Shown here: positions 1-12,999 of the stretch, piece by piece
Layout: every line of letters starts with the position of its first letter
How positions within the stretch are numbered: the first letter of the stretch is position 1
Origin: Paragordius varius
Lineage: Eukaryota > Animalia > Nematomorpha
NCBI GenBank assembly: GCA_964247055.1
Contig: OZ176052.1
Location: 8,432,001 to 8,496,000 of the forward strand
DNA: 64,000 nt
Reading direction: 5' to 3'
The notes under the pieces: model-generated
What the model was told of the DNA's origin: nothing
Database searches by the model: none
What the model saw: only the letters and a program-made list of their open reading frames with translations
Position numbers and translations under genes: made by a program

Positions 1-3000
1 AAAATAGACTATTTTAAATAAAATGTTGTTTGCTTATAATTTTTGATGCGTTTATAAATTTTTTGGAATGAGGCATATTTTTATTTAGCATGTGGACAAG
101 TTTTGCAATTTTTCGAGATGAATGAATGACCACAGGAGTATAATTATTTTTTTTAATGACTACTAAAACCAAAAGCATTATGATAAATTCTGATGCATTT
201 TTCGATCAGAAAATATATATTTTATCAGATATTTTTTCGGCTGTGTACATAAAATAGTCTTCCATAAAAAATATTTTTTGCGAATATTTAAGAATGATAC
301 TATCTTTAATTTTCATAACATCTTTGACATCTATTATGTGGACGTCTAGCACTCATTTTAAGGTAAGAGTATTGGAGTTGCATACTCCAGCTGCATTTCA
401 AATTTAATATCTTGAGCCAAATTTAATATGCATTATTTAGCCTTTAGGGCGCATGATTATAAATAATTTTTTTTAAAAAACTTAAAATTTTAGAATCCTC
501 ATCTCAAGCTTTTCGCCAGCATTTATCTTTGGGTTTTATTCAATTGCTAATACAAATGGCAAACAAAAATATATTAAGGTTCATAAATTTAAATTAACTT
601 TAATTTATTAATTTAGTCTTTTTTTTCTAAATACTAAATAAGCTGTGTTACCTGTTACGGCTAGAGGCGTAGCTTGTATTTTTATATAAGCCCGATGAAA
701 TTTTCTCCAAAATGCTCGCGGGAAAAAAGGTTGGCCACCCCTAATATATTAAATTTTACAACATTTGCTAGTGCGTTTAGAGTAGGATTAGTTAATTTAC
801 TTACTGGATTAAATATAAAATTAGGTATACGTTTTTTCACCCAAAAATTTTTATTTTACAAAAATAATTGGGTGCTTTAAAACTTACCACCCTGTTTTAT
901 GGTGTTTCAGAGGCTTAAAATTGTAATGTAAATTAAAATTTATTTTGGGTTTAAATATTAAAATTTTATTAATGTATATACATAAAATATTTTTGGCAAT
1001 TTATATGATTTAAATTAAATTAGTAATAAATACAATTGTAGAAAATTTTTGGTTTAAATATTATTAACATTTGATTTTAATTGGGGTTAATAATACGCTA
1101 AACCATTTTAAATTGATATTTGAAAACTATTTAGTCTCAATGTAGTTTATCTTTAATCTTAACAAGAATAATTTCACAATTAGATACAAGGGCATTGGAT
1201 ATAACAGTTCTTTAAACTGATGATCCGAAGATTCCAAAGCGAGCGTTCCACATTCAAATTTAAGCTTCTATCTTAAAGTAATCTAAAACTATATTATCGA
1301 GATAAATTTTAAGAAATATTTTCACATAAATAATCTCGACGCCATTTCGATCTCAAAACTTACTGTTTTTTGGATTTTATTAATTTATGCATTAAACAAT
1401 ATTAAGACAGAAAAATAAAATAAATAAATCAATAATATTTTCATCTAAATTTTTGCTTAAGGTTAATATTGAACTTTGAGTCATTTTGAATAAATTTTCT
1501 TCATATTCTGATGCATCAATAATGTTAAAATGTAAACTAGTGATATCGATTCATACCTTCCGTATTTAATAAAATACTAAATTACAACTGACCAGGACGA
1601 CGTCATTTCGTATCGATAAAAACAGGATTTGCAAAGTGATAAAAGAAGCGCACTTGACTCTCAAGTAAAATGAGGCAAGTTCAGCAAGGTTTTAGCCAGC
1701 AAGTCTGCACTCTAAGATCGAAGATAAAAAATATATGTCAAGTCTTTTCCTTATTAGCTAAAACAATTTTTTCACACTCAATTAGATTACACCGTTAATT
1801 ATAAAAAGGTAGAAAGAAGATATATATACCCGTTCAAAAAAAAGTGGCGTAACCGGTCTGGTTTCACGAATGGAACCGAGGTGGTTGTTAAAATTACCGA
1901 AACCAGGCTCGTTCCTGATAAAGTGGGGACAGAACTTCCTTAAAATTTAACGGTTCTGGAGTCGGTTCCATTTTAGTTCCTGACTATTTATTATATGATT
2001 TTCATACAACATTTTTAACTTAATTTATTAAAAAAATCAATAGCCAAATGTATAAGTGCAAAGGTATATAATAAGTGTATTTGAATTAACTATCGCATCT
2101 ATGAAGGAATCGTTATTTAATATGATTGAGCAACCAAATTGGTCGTCAGACTACTTCTCAAATCTGAGAATATAAAATTTGATGTGAAAAGTTTCTTTCT
2201 ATGTTGGAGCCTTAATATGCACCCCAAATCTTTAAAGCCTCATGAGACCCATGGGCCGCGGTTTATTTACCATTGATATATAATGCTGCTCTTTTTTATG
2301 GGTAATTAATTGAAGAAACTATAAATTATTGTATTTACCAGATTCATTAATGAATAAGATGAATGTTTATATTCTATAGAATAAAAAAACTCGTAAATAT
2401 TTATGTGTGTGGTTCTCTTCAAGTGTTAAGAGGTAAGCTATTTAAATTTATTGACATGGGAAATCTTTTTCTTGGATTATAGAAAAAATTCTTACTAATG
2501 ATTAATTTAAACGAAACAGTTTAACCATTGACAGTGAACATTGGAACCGCTGATATATGAACAGGACTAATGACCAACCTTCGGCATTTTATTTGATCCT
2601 GAAATTTCACTCTAACAGATGAAATGGTTTAAATGCGGACTCGATAGTTTATTTTAATGTTTATCCCCATATCTGCTGGATTAAGGTATATAAACTTTTA
2701 ATTTCATATCACTTTTTGAAAATGAATTATGATTAATGTTGTGGATTGATCTCTATATGTATATAAAGAGGTCTATGTACCGTAAACTCAAGCCATACAG
2801 GACCCGACTCCGAAGGGATTACTCAATCATGTAGGACAATGACATCCTGGGAAGCAATGTCGGAGCCGTTGATATTTGAGCAGGATACCAATCGTTGGCA
2901 TCTCTTTTTGCCGAAGTTGAGAGTTGTTCATACGAACGGTGGCCGGGTTTTTATCGCGGGTTAGCGTCTTAGCTGAAGGTAGGGCTGAAACATGGTCTTA

Positions 3001-4459
3001 CGAGGGGTAACGTCGAACTTTCTGGTGTCCAATATCTACAAAATTGGTCTACCTTTGAGGCCACACTCATTTAAAAGCAAATGAAGACCCATCATGCACC
3101 AAAGATAAGATCTTAAAATAAACTCCACATTTGACTCGACATAGACCTTTGACATTACTTTAAGGAGTAAGGATCATAACTCTGTGTGTACGTGGTTATT
3201 TAACATCAAATATTGCTTTTCATACCTAACGAAATTAACATTTCGTTTAATATATATATGTATAATATAGCTTATTAACCATACTAACTTACCACCACCT
3301 AACATAAAGGCTATTTATGTATGTAGATACTAACACTAAACCCAATTTCCGATGTGTTGCCCTGCTCTGAAGCTTCATGCGTTACGGGTGGGTAGGGACC
3401 TTAACGGTAGGTGGCCGACTTCCGGCGCTCCCTTTACTTTAAAAAATCATCGGGAACTTTTCCGCATTTTTTTCTATGATTTTTTACAAAGGTAATACTA
3501 TGGGTTGGTTAAAAAAATTACATTTTAGGACTTTAAATGATATGTTTGTATTTCCATCATGTTTAAAAGCTATTCCTATTACACTGCGTTCAAAATTAAG
3601 GCCGGGAGTAATGATGAAATACGAACGCCGTGCTACAAAAAATAACTTGATGAAATATATATTTCTGATAGGAAAATATATCATGATTATAGGGTGCTTT
3701 TGGTTTTCGCCCTATTTACAGGTTTGATGTAGGTGCTTCCTATGAGAAAATGGAAAATATTGCGCACATTTTTAAATATATTTTTTTGAAAGCGAAATGC
3801 TTCATTTCAAAAAATATCACCTAAATATATAAATATATATTAACTACATGTTAAAAGCAAAACAATATTTTTAAAATTTTGGTTTTAAGATGTGAGTTCC
3901 AAAAGTCACATTTTTTTGCTCTTGTAAAATGGCCTGGTTTTCTTTAAATAAAAACATACCGATATTGCCTTATAATAAGGTTAAATATAAGCTAAATTTT
4001 GATATCAATCAAAAATATTTTAAAAAAGCCATATTTTTTTTAAAATATATTTTTTAGCAATATTTGTTAAAATGTACTTCATACTATCTTAAAGGATGAT
4101 GCAAACGGTATAAAACCGCTTAAAGACATTATAAAAACAGTTTTATCTTCAAAATTATATTAAATATAAATTTTGACGAGTATTTATGAGAAAACTAACC
4201 CTTAAATTAAATTCTCAAACGATAGAAATGATTAACGTAATATAATTTTACATCAAAAAAAAGGAAATTTCGCTCAAAAGTTAATTTATAGCAAACTATT
4301 TAAATTTATTAAAAATTAAAGTTAATTAATTAAATTTAGTTTAATGTTCTTTTAACTAAGTTTGATTTTGATTGTTGACATATTGTTAAGCATTATTATT
4401 TTATACAACAATCGCAAATTTATAAACAATATTCTAAAAATTTACAAATTATTATAAAT

Positions 4460-6408
4460 ATGTTTATTGATTCTCACACATTGTGTGCGAAGAAAAACGA
4501 TTTAATTTCAAATCCCCATAAGGCAAAATACCACTTTACACCTATTCATAATTTCGTAAATGAATTGCAATTGAAGGATCATGCAAATATCTTCGCAAAT
4601 CAAAGAATAAAAGAAGCCAAACTCAGAGCTGATAGTCATTTGCATCCATTGAAGATAAACCCAGTGATTGCTAAAACATTGAGGTTGAGTGATTATACGA
4701 ATATCATTGCCAATCAAATAATAAAAGAGGAATACAAGACTGATTTGCATCCATTGGACATAAACCCAGTAATCGCTAAAACACTAAGGTTGAGGGAATT
4801 GGCAAATCTCATTATAAATCATATTATTAAAGATGTCAACAAAGCTGAAAGTCATTTGCACCCATCAAAGATAAACCTAGTGATTGCTAAAACATTAAGG
4901 CTGAGTGATTATACAAATATCATTACAAATCAAATAATAAAAGAAATATACAAGGCTGATAGCTATTCGCCATCGGAGATAAACCCAGTGATTGCGAAAA
5001 TAATAAGGCTGAGAGATTTTACAAACATCATTGCAAATCAAATAATAAAAGAGGTCAACAAGGCTGATAGTCATTGGCATCTATCGGACATAAACCCAGT
5101 GATCGCTAAAACATTAAGGCTGAGGGATTTTACGAACATCATTGCAGATCAAATAATAAAAGATGTTAAACTCAAAGCTCATAGTCATTTGCATCCGTCG
5201 GGTATAAACCCAGTGATTGCTAAAACATTAAGGCTGAGTGATTTTACAAATATGATTGCAGGTCAAATCATAAAAGTTGTCAATAAGGGTGATGGTAATT
5301 ACCCATCGGATCTAAGCCTAGTGATAGCTCAAACATTAAAACTGAGGGATTTTACAAATAACATTGCAAATGAAATAATAAAAGAGGTCAACAAGGCTGA
5401 TAGTCCTTTACACCCTACGGAGAACCCAGTGATTGTTAAAATATTAAGGCTGAGGGAATTTACAAATATCATTGCAAAACAAATAATAAAAGAGGTCAAC
5501 AAGGCTGATAGCCATTTACATCCGTCGGACATAAACCCAGTGATTGCCAAACCATTAAAATTAAAAGTTTATACAAATACTAAAGCAAATCAAATGTTTA
5601 AAGATTCTATAAATATAGATCATCCGCATAATCAAACACAAAAAAGTTTTGATAAAAGATTGAATATATCTAAACCGGAGAACACTTCCGATTATAGTAG
5701 TAACAAAAGCCTAACTCTCTCCAATACTGCACTAAAATCAAGAAAGAAAGTAAGATGGATAGATGAAATAAAACCAAATGAAAGTGAAATGGTGAACAAT
5801 AACGCTAATCCATCACAACTTTACAATTCTTTCCAAGCGAAAGTTTTTCCGAATTGCGATAGCCAATATAAGAATGTAGAGGGATGTACGTTGAGATATA
5901 AATATGAATTAAAGACAGAACTACGGAGAATACGGACATCTGGTAATATATAATATTTCAATTGTATCATCCTTTAATCAAATTTATCATTAGCATACAT
6001 TTTATTAGTGCTATAGGATGACATTTTTCAGGTTTAATCAATTAATTTTAAATTGGTTAATTATATTTAGGAAAGGAAATGATTCCTCAAACATCAGATA
6101 AAGAATACAGACTGATGAAACAACTTGTCGAAATAGCAGATAATGAATCGGTGCGATCGTTTCATTCCAGACAAACCAACAAGTATATTTTAATTTATTT
6201 TGTGAGAAAATTTTCTATTTACTCAATATAAGTTGTTTTTTTTGTTATTTATTTTGGAAGGCGGCCAGCTCCAAGTATTTCCTCCATTCTTGGCAAGAGT
6301 AATTGTGCAAACAATACAACATCACAGGCACCTCTTAAAAGCATTTTGCGTAACAGTCAAGGCTCGTTAAACAAACGGACTTTTTGGAATAAAAAAATAT
6401 GGATATAA
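4460..6408 (+). CDS. Unknown ~580-aa tandem-repeat protein, copy 1. Exons 4460-5942, 6071-6182, 6261-6408. Putative PKA/PP1 scaffold
   Basis: The 497-aa ORF has a GT donor at 5943 (tct g|gtaata). AG acceptors at 6070 and 6260 and a donor at 6183 keep the frame (1743 nt = 581 codons, TAA 6406-6408). The same splice sites are kept in copy 2. The function is inferred from motifs only. Confidence 0.8.
4570..5610 (+). repeat. Coding tandem repeat: about 10 units of 35-38 aa (about 105-114 bp), consensus ADSHLHPSDINPVIAKTLRLRDFTNIIANQIIKEVNK
   Basis: Directly visible in the translation and in DNA (ataaacccagtgattgctaaaacattaaggctgag recurs). The equivalent array in copy 2 is at about 11165-12195. 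Confidence 0.95.
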
Positions 6409-7319
6409 GTCAAAAGCCTCAAACTGAAAAAGATAGCTTAAGTTATAATATCTCCGATTACAAAAATCAAACCTAAACATTGGTATTGAAGCAAACTTTT
6501 ATTCAGATAGGAAAGATATTAATGAATATTCCAATCAATAATGGATCCAATATTATATAAATCAATAAATTGCTTGTTCATCCGCTTATAGACAATATAA
6601 AATATCCCGCTATGATGAACCTTAAAGATGACGTGAACAATGAAAAAAATGATAATCAATTTTGTTTTGGTAGTCACGGTGTGAATTGTCGGGCTTTCAT
6701 GATGCGTTTAAGGATTGGTGATTAGAAAATGTATTAAATTTTGAAAAATATAAATAAATAATAAAAAATATATTGTATTTTTGAATCTCTGTTTGAAGGC
6801 AATATTTTTGAAAACAGATTGAGTTTTGAGCTTTTTTGTTAATATCTGCTTGACCCGTTGATTGTCTTATCCCAGTAAATATGTGGTTTAAACAAATTAA
6901 TTATGAGAAAGGTATGTGGCATTTGTCGTATTTTAATTACTGTAATTAGTCTTTTCCATACCATACTTTGTGTTTATTTTTATCATGGCGGATAGATCAT
7001 TCTAGGATTAAGCTGTAAATATATCAACGGCAAAACATAAGTTATCGATAGTTAAACTTTGTTACCCTCAGAATAAAAATTCTTTTTATTTGGATCCGGT
7101 TTCATTTTTATCTTACTATTAAAGAGTTATTAATTTTTTATAACAATTTTATTATAGTATTACCAAAATATCAACAAAGTAAAAAATTTGTTAAAATAAA
7201 TAAAGAATTTTAGAGTAATTAAAAAATGGCATAAACCTGTGTAAGTATCCTATTTTACCTTTCCTAAGCTATGAATGAAAGAATGTCAGCTTGGTTAATT
7301 ATTCAACTTTTTTCTGGAA

Positions 7320-7650
7320 TTCATGTACAAATTTTTTATAGCTGATCTGTCTGAGGATAAATTGATCAGATTGGAGATTAAAAGGTGGGTGTCATCTGTT
7401 AATTGTTTTTCTTTTTCTAGGTCTGCATCGTTTTCGCTTACCCTCTACCAGGCCCAGCATGATTGTTTTCTCCAATTTAAACGTTGCGGACGACGTGGAA
7501 GTAGCCTAATCGCCGTTTAGTTATTATTTAAAGTAATTTAGTCTTAGGGTTATTGTATTGCGGATCCATTCATTAGTGAGTTTGTCCGTTTATTTTTTTC
7601 CAAGTAGCATTCTCCAGCAAGCTTGCTCAAAAGCTTGGAGACGTCAATAT
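7320..7650 (-). mobile_element. Decayed RTE-clade non-LTR retrotransposon 3' fragment
   Basis: The minus strand reads ...TNEWIRN...KRRLGYFHVVR...LEKTIMLGLVEGKRKRCRPRKR, matching the RTE C-terminal LEKTIMLGKVEGKRKRGRP motif. It has frameshifts. Confidence 0.75.
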
Positions 7651-8221
7651 ATATTTAGGGTTTTTTTCCAGAAATTTACTTTAATAATTAAATAGCATAA
7701 AAAACTACGTAATTAGATAATGCATTTTTTCTCTTCAAGTGTTTACGGATATATTTTGAAAAGAATTGATGGACGAGTAAGAATTCTTTCTTATTGTCAT
7801 TATTTAACGACAACTTTTAAAAATATGATGTTTATTCGCTTTTGATGGTAAAGTAGTAAATTTTTTATCATATAATAAACTATGCTAATTTAACCAATAA
7901 ATTTTATTAAAAAAATCAAAATATATGTGGATTATTTATTTTAAAAGCCAAATAATAATATTTGTAAATAATAAATATCAAAAAAATGTATAAAACAAAT
8001 TTTTGAGAAAAAACGTGACAGAACAGTATTTTAACAATCCAATAACTTAAGTAAAAAGTGGTGATGACCGTGGACATATCATGACCATGGTCTGATTGGG
8101 TCTGACTGGACCTTTTTGAAAAAGCAGTCAAATGAAATGCACAACCCTAGCTCTGACAGATAAAATGGTATAATTGCAGCCAGATAGTTTATTTCAGTGT
8201 TAAACCCCATATCTGCTGGAA

Positions 8222-9189
8222 TCTATATATTTATAAAAATGGAAAATGCTGGCTTTGTGATCTGGTACCGGAAAACCTGTAGACCCATTCAAATCCAAAC
8301 ATCAAAAAATATAATCATTAATGAATGTCCCGACAATAGCTTCGCTCTTTTTTTGAAATAGGCCCCCAGTTCGGGCCCACCCAAAAATCGTGTCTTTGAG
8401 ACAATTTTCCGGAGAACGTGTTGGACCATTTAATTTCAAATATAACTTTTGTTTACTTATTTTCGATTGCGCCGAACTAGTCGTCTCGCTTTTTTGATTA
8501 AGGCCCTCTTTTTACCCGCTCCCCCCGTAAAATGCATTTTTTTTCAAAAAACAAAGTCCACAAAAATAATTTTTTAAATCTATTTTTCGCCCTAGGTATG
8601 AGACCGTAAAAATTTAATATGGATTTTACGTATTCCCTGTTAAAAAGCAAACATTTTAGTCAAGCGTTTCTTTGATGATAGCTGCTGGGTAAGGAGCTAC
8701 CCGCTAAAAACTGATTCCTCTTGTAACTTTGTGATCTGTTTCCGGAAAACCGGTTAACCCAATCAAATCCAAATATCGAAAAATAATCATTAATAAATGT
8801 CCCGACAATAGCTTCGCCCTTTTTTTGAATTAGGCTCCCAGTTCGGGCCTACCTCGTCTAAAAAACAGGTTGAGACAATTTTCCGGAGAACGTGTTGGAC
8901 CATTCAATTTCAAATATGATTTTTGTATACTTATTTTTGATCGCGCCGAACATAGTCGACTCACTTTTTTAATTTAGGCCCTCTTTTTTCCCGCTCCCCA
9001 AAAAACAAAATCCACAAAAATTATTTTTTAAATCTATTTTTCCCCCAAGTAAACAATATATTAGTAATGCACCGTTTTAAAATTCCTATATTTAAATAAT
9101 GTTTCGAAATAATCTACATATGTGGATCATTTTATTGTCCCTTATTTCAAATAGGCCCCAAGTCCGAAGGACTTCCTCGTGCAGCCTAG
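8222..9189 (+). mobile_element. Non-autonomous Helitron (968 bp) with internal tandem duplication and altered 3' hairpin
   Basis: 5' TCTATATATTTATAAAAATGG, 3' CTAG, inserted between A and T with no TSD. The paralogous site in duplication unit 1 (about 2680) is empty. Confidence 0.88.
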
Positions 9190-9747
9190 TAATGTACATA
9201 AACTTTAATTTTTATAAACTCTTTGGAAATGAGTTTGTTTAATGTTGTGGATTGATCTCTATGTGTATGACACGAGCTTTATTTCCCGTTGCAAACAGCA
9301 AGACTCGAATCCGACGGGATTACCTGTCAATCATGTAGGACAATGACGTCCCGGAAAGCAATGTCGGAATTTCTGATGCAGGGCTGGTTACCAATCTTTG
9401 GCATCTCCTTCCGAAGTTGAGAGTTGGTTCAAGAGAAGAATCGTCAGTTATTTAACGCGGGTAATAATCCTTGGTGGTATAGCTGAAACACAGTCGCACG
9501 AAGGAGTAATGTCAACACTGATGTTCAATATCTCCAAAATTGGTCTACCTTAAAGGCCATACTCATTTATAAGCAAATGATGACCCCTTTTGAACCAAAG
9601 ATAAAATCCTAAAATAAAGTCAACATTTGACTCGACATAGATCTTAGTTATTTTGAAGAGTATGGAAGACCTAATTTTGTTTGTACGGTTATTTAATATC
9701 AAATATTACTTTTACATACCTAACACGGTGAAATTATCATCCCTTTA

Positions 9748-9752
9748 ATATA

Positions 9753-9784
<32 letters not shown>

Positions 9785-9792
9785 AATATATA
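9748..9792. repeat. (TA)n microsatellite
   Basis: Direct. It is longer than the paralogous tract at about 3249-3268. Confidence 0.9.
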
Positions 9793-11052
9793 GCTTATAA
9801 ACCATACTAACTTACATTAATACACCTATAAAGGCATTTATTTATGTATATAGATACTAACATCAAATTCAACCTCCGATGTTCTCCGCTGTGAATCTCG
9901 GTCCTTTACGGGTGTGGAGGTGGACAACGATTATTCAACGCTACCTTTACTTGTATTTGGATAAAATCATGAAAACCTTTTTACCGCGTTTTTTTCTATA
10001 TTTTAACAAACGCTAATACTACAAGGTAAATAATGAATAATGTGGTAGAAAAAATCAAATTACATGGAGCTTTCTGATAATTTCTGATCTAAAAATGATC
10101 TGTTTGTAGTTCCATCATGTTTAGAAGCTCTAATTATACTTCGTACAAAATTGGGGCGGGGGTTATAATATCCTGATGAAATATGAACACCGTGTCCACA
10201 AGAAATTACCTGATGAAATATATATTTGATAGGAAAATGTATCCTGATTATCTTAAGGTTTTTGGTTTTCGCCCTTACATGATTTAATATTTACAGGTTT
10301 GATGTAAGTGCTTCCTAGAAAATGGAAAATTTTGCGCACATTTATATATATATTTTTTTTTGAAAACGAAATGCTTCATTTCAAAAAGTATCACCAAAAT
10401 ATATAAATATTTTAACTGCAAAAAGCAACAATATTTTTAAAAATTTTGGTTTTAAGATGTGAGTTCCAAAAGTCACATTTTTTTCGCTCTTGTAAAATGA
10501 CCTGGTTTTCTTTAAATAAAAACATAAATGCCGATATTGCTTTATAATAAGGTTAAATATAAGCTAAATTTTGATATCAATCAAAAATATTTTACAAAAG
10601 CCATATTTTATCTAATATATTTTTTAGAAAAATTTGTTGAAACGTACTAAATACTATCTTAAAGGATGATGCAAACGGTATAAAACCGCTTAAAGACATT
10701 ATAAAAACAGTTTTATCTTCAAAATTATATTAAATAAAATATTTTTGACGAGTATTTATGAGAAAACTAACCCTTAAATTAAATTAAATTCTGAAACGAT
10801 AGAAATGATTAACATCATCCAGTAATATAATTTTACATCACCGAAAAAAAGGAAATTTCGCTCAAAAGTTAATTTATAGCAAACTATTTAAATTTTATTG
10901 AAAATTAAAGTTAATTAATTAAATTTAGTTTAATGTTCTTTTAACTAAGTTTGATTTTGATTGTTGACATATTGTTAAGCATTATTATTTTATATTATAC
11001 AACAATCGCAATTTTATAAACAATATTCTAAAAATTACAAATTATTATAAAG

Positions 11053-12999
11053 ATGTTTATTGATTCTCACACATTGTGTGCGAACAAAAACGATTTAATT
11101 TCAAATCCACATAAGGCAAAATACCACTTTACACCTATTCATAATTTCGTAAAGGAATTGCAGTTGAAGGATCATGCAAATATCTTTTCAAATCAAAGTA
11201 TAAATGCAGCCAAACTCAGAGCTGATATTCAATTGCATCCATTGAAGATAAACCAAGTGATTGCTAAAACATTGAGGCTGAATGATTATACGAATATCAT
11301 TGTAAATCAAATAATAAAAGAGGAATACAAGACTGATTTGCATTCATTGGACATAAACCCAGTAATCGCTAAAACACTAAGGTTAAGGGAATTGGCAAAT
11401 CTCATTATAAATCATATTATTAAAGATATCATTAAAGCTGAAAGTCATTTGCACCCATCAAAGATAAACCTAGTGATTGCTAAAACATTAAGGCTGAGTG
11501 ATTATACAAATATCATTACAAATCAAATAATAAAAGAAATATACAAGGCTGATAGCTATTCGCCATCGGAGATAAACCCAGTGATTGCGAAAATAACAAG
11601 GCTGAGAGATTTTACAAACATCATTGCAAATCAAATAATAAAAGAGGTCAACAAGGCTGATAATCATTGGCATCCATCCATAAACCCAGTGATCGCTAAA
11701 ACATTAAGGCTGAGGGATTTTACGAACATCATTGCAGATCAAATAATAAAAGATGTCAAACTCAAAGCTCATAGTCATTTGCATCCGTCGGATCTAAACC
11801 CAGTGATTGCTAAAACATTAAGGCTGAGTGATTTTACAAATATGATTGCAGGTCAAATCATAAAAGTGGTCAATAAGGGTGATGGTAACCCATCGTATCT
11901 AAGCCTAGTGATAGCTCAAACATTAAAACTGAGGGATTTTACAAATAACATTGCAAATGAAATAATAAAAGAGGTCAACAAGGCTGATAGTCCTTTACAC
12001 CCTACGGAGAACCCAGTGATTGTTAAAATATTAAGGCTGAGGGAATTTACAAATATCATTGCAAAACAAATAATAAAAGAGGTCAACAAGGCTGATAGCC
12101 ATTTGCATCCATCGGACAATATCCCAGTGATTGCCAAACCATTAAAATTAAAAGTTTATACAAATACTAAAGCAAATCAAATGTTTGAAGATTCTATAAA
12201 TATATATCATCCGCATAATCAAGCACAAAAAAGTTTTGATAAAAGATTGAATATATCTAAACCGGAAAATACTTCCGATTATAGTAGTAACAAAAGCCTA
12301 ACTCTCTCCAATACTGCATCTAAATCAAGAAAGAAAGTAAGATGGATAGATGAAATAAAACCAAATGAAAGTGAAATGGTGAACAATAACGCTAATCCAT
12401 CACAACTTTACAATTCTTTCCAAGCGAAAGTTTTTCCGAATGGCGATAGCCAATATAAGAATGTAGAGGGATGTACGTTGAGATATAAATATGAATTAAA
12501 GACAGAACTACGGAGAATACGGACATCTGGTAATATATAATATTTCAATTGTATCATGCTTTAATCAAATTTATCATTAGCATCCATTTTATTAGTGCTA
12601 TACGATGACATTTTTCAGGTTTAATCAATTAATTTTAAATTGGTTAATTATATTTAGGAAAGGAAATGATTCCTCAAACATCAGCTAGAGAATACAGACT
12701 GATGAAACAACTTGTCGTAATAGAAGATTTAGCAAATCAATCGGTGCGATCATTTTATTCTAAAACCAACAAGTATAATCTAATTCATATTGTAAGAAAA
12801 TTCTCTTTTTACAAAAATTTAATTTGTTTTTTTTGTTATTTATTTTAGAAGGCTGCCAGCTCTAAGCATTTTGTCCATTCATGGCAAGGGTAATAGTGCA
12901 CACAATACAACATCACAGGCACCTCTTAAAAGCATTTTGCGTAACAGTCAAGGCTCGTTTAACAAACGCAATTTTTCGAATAAAAAAATATGGATATAA
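11053..12999 (+). CDS. Unknown ~579-aa tandem-repeat protein, copy 2. Exons 11053-12529, 12658-12772, 12852-12999
   Basis: 495-aa ORF plus the same two introns as copy 1 (1740 nt, TAA 12997-12999). All net exon length differences from copy 1 are multiples of 3 (-6, +3, 0). Confidence 0.8.

Noticed and set aside
662-743. hAT-like short element (tagaggcgtagc ... ggccacccta)
   Set aside because: The TIR match is weak and there is no TSD. Similar isolated end-like motifs at about 30969, 44739 and 53219 were also left uncalled.
4460-5953. The repeat array as a CRISPR array or non-coding satellite
   Set aside because: The DNA is eukaryotic, the units are in-frame coding repeats with no unique spacers, and there are no cas genes.
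10172-10250. CTGATGA...GAAA as a hammerhead ribozyme or C/D snoRNA (also 3611-3668)
   Set aside because: No stem II complementarity or terminal stem, and the boxes are not conserved between the two paralogous copies.
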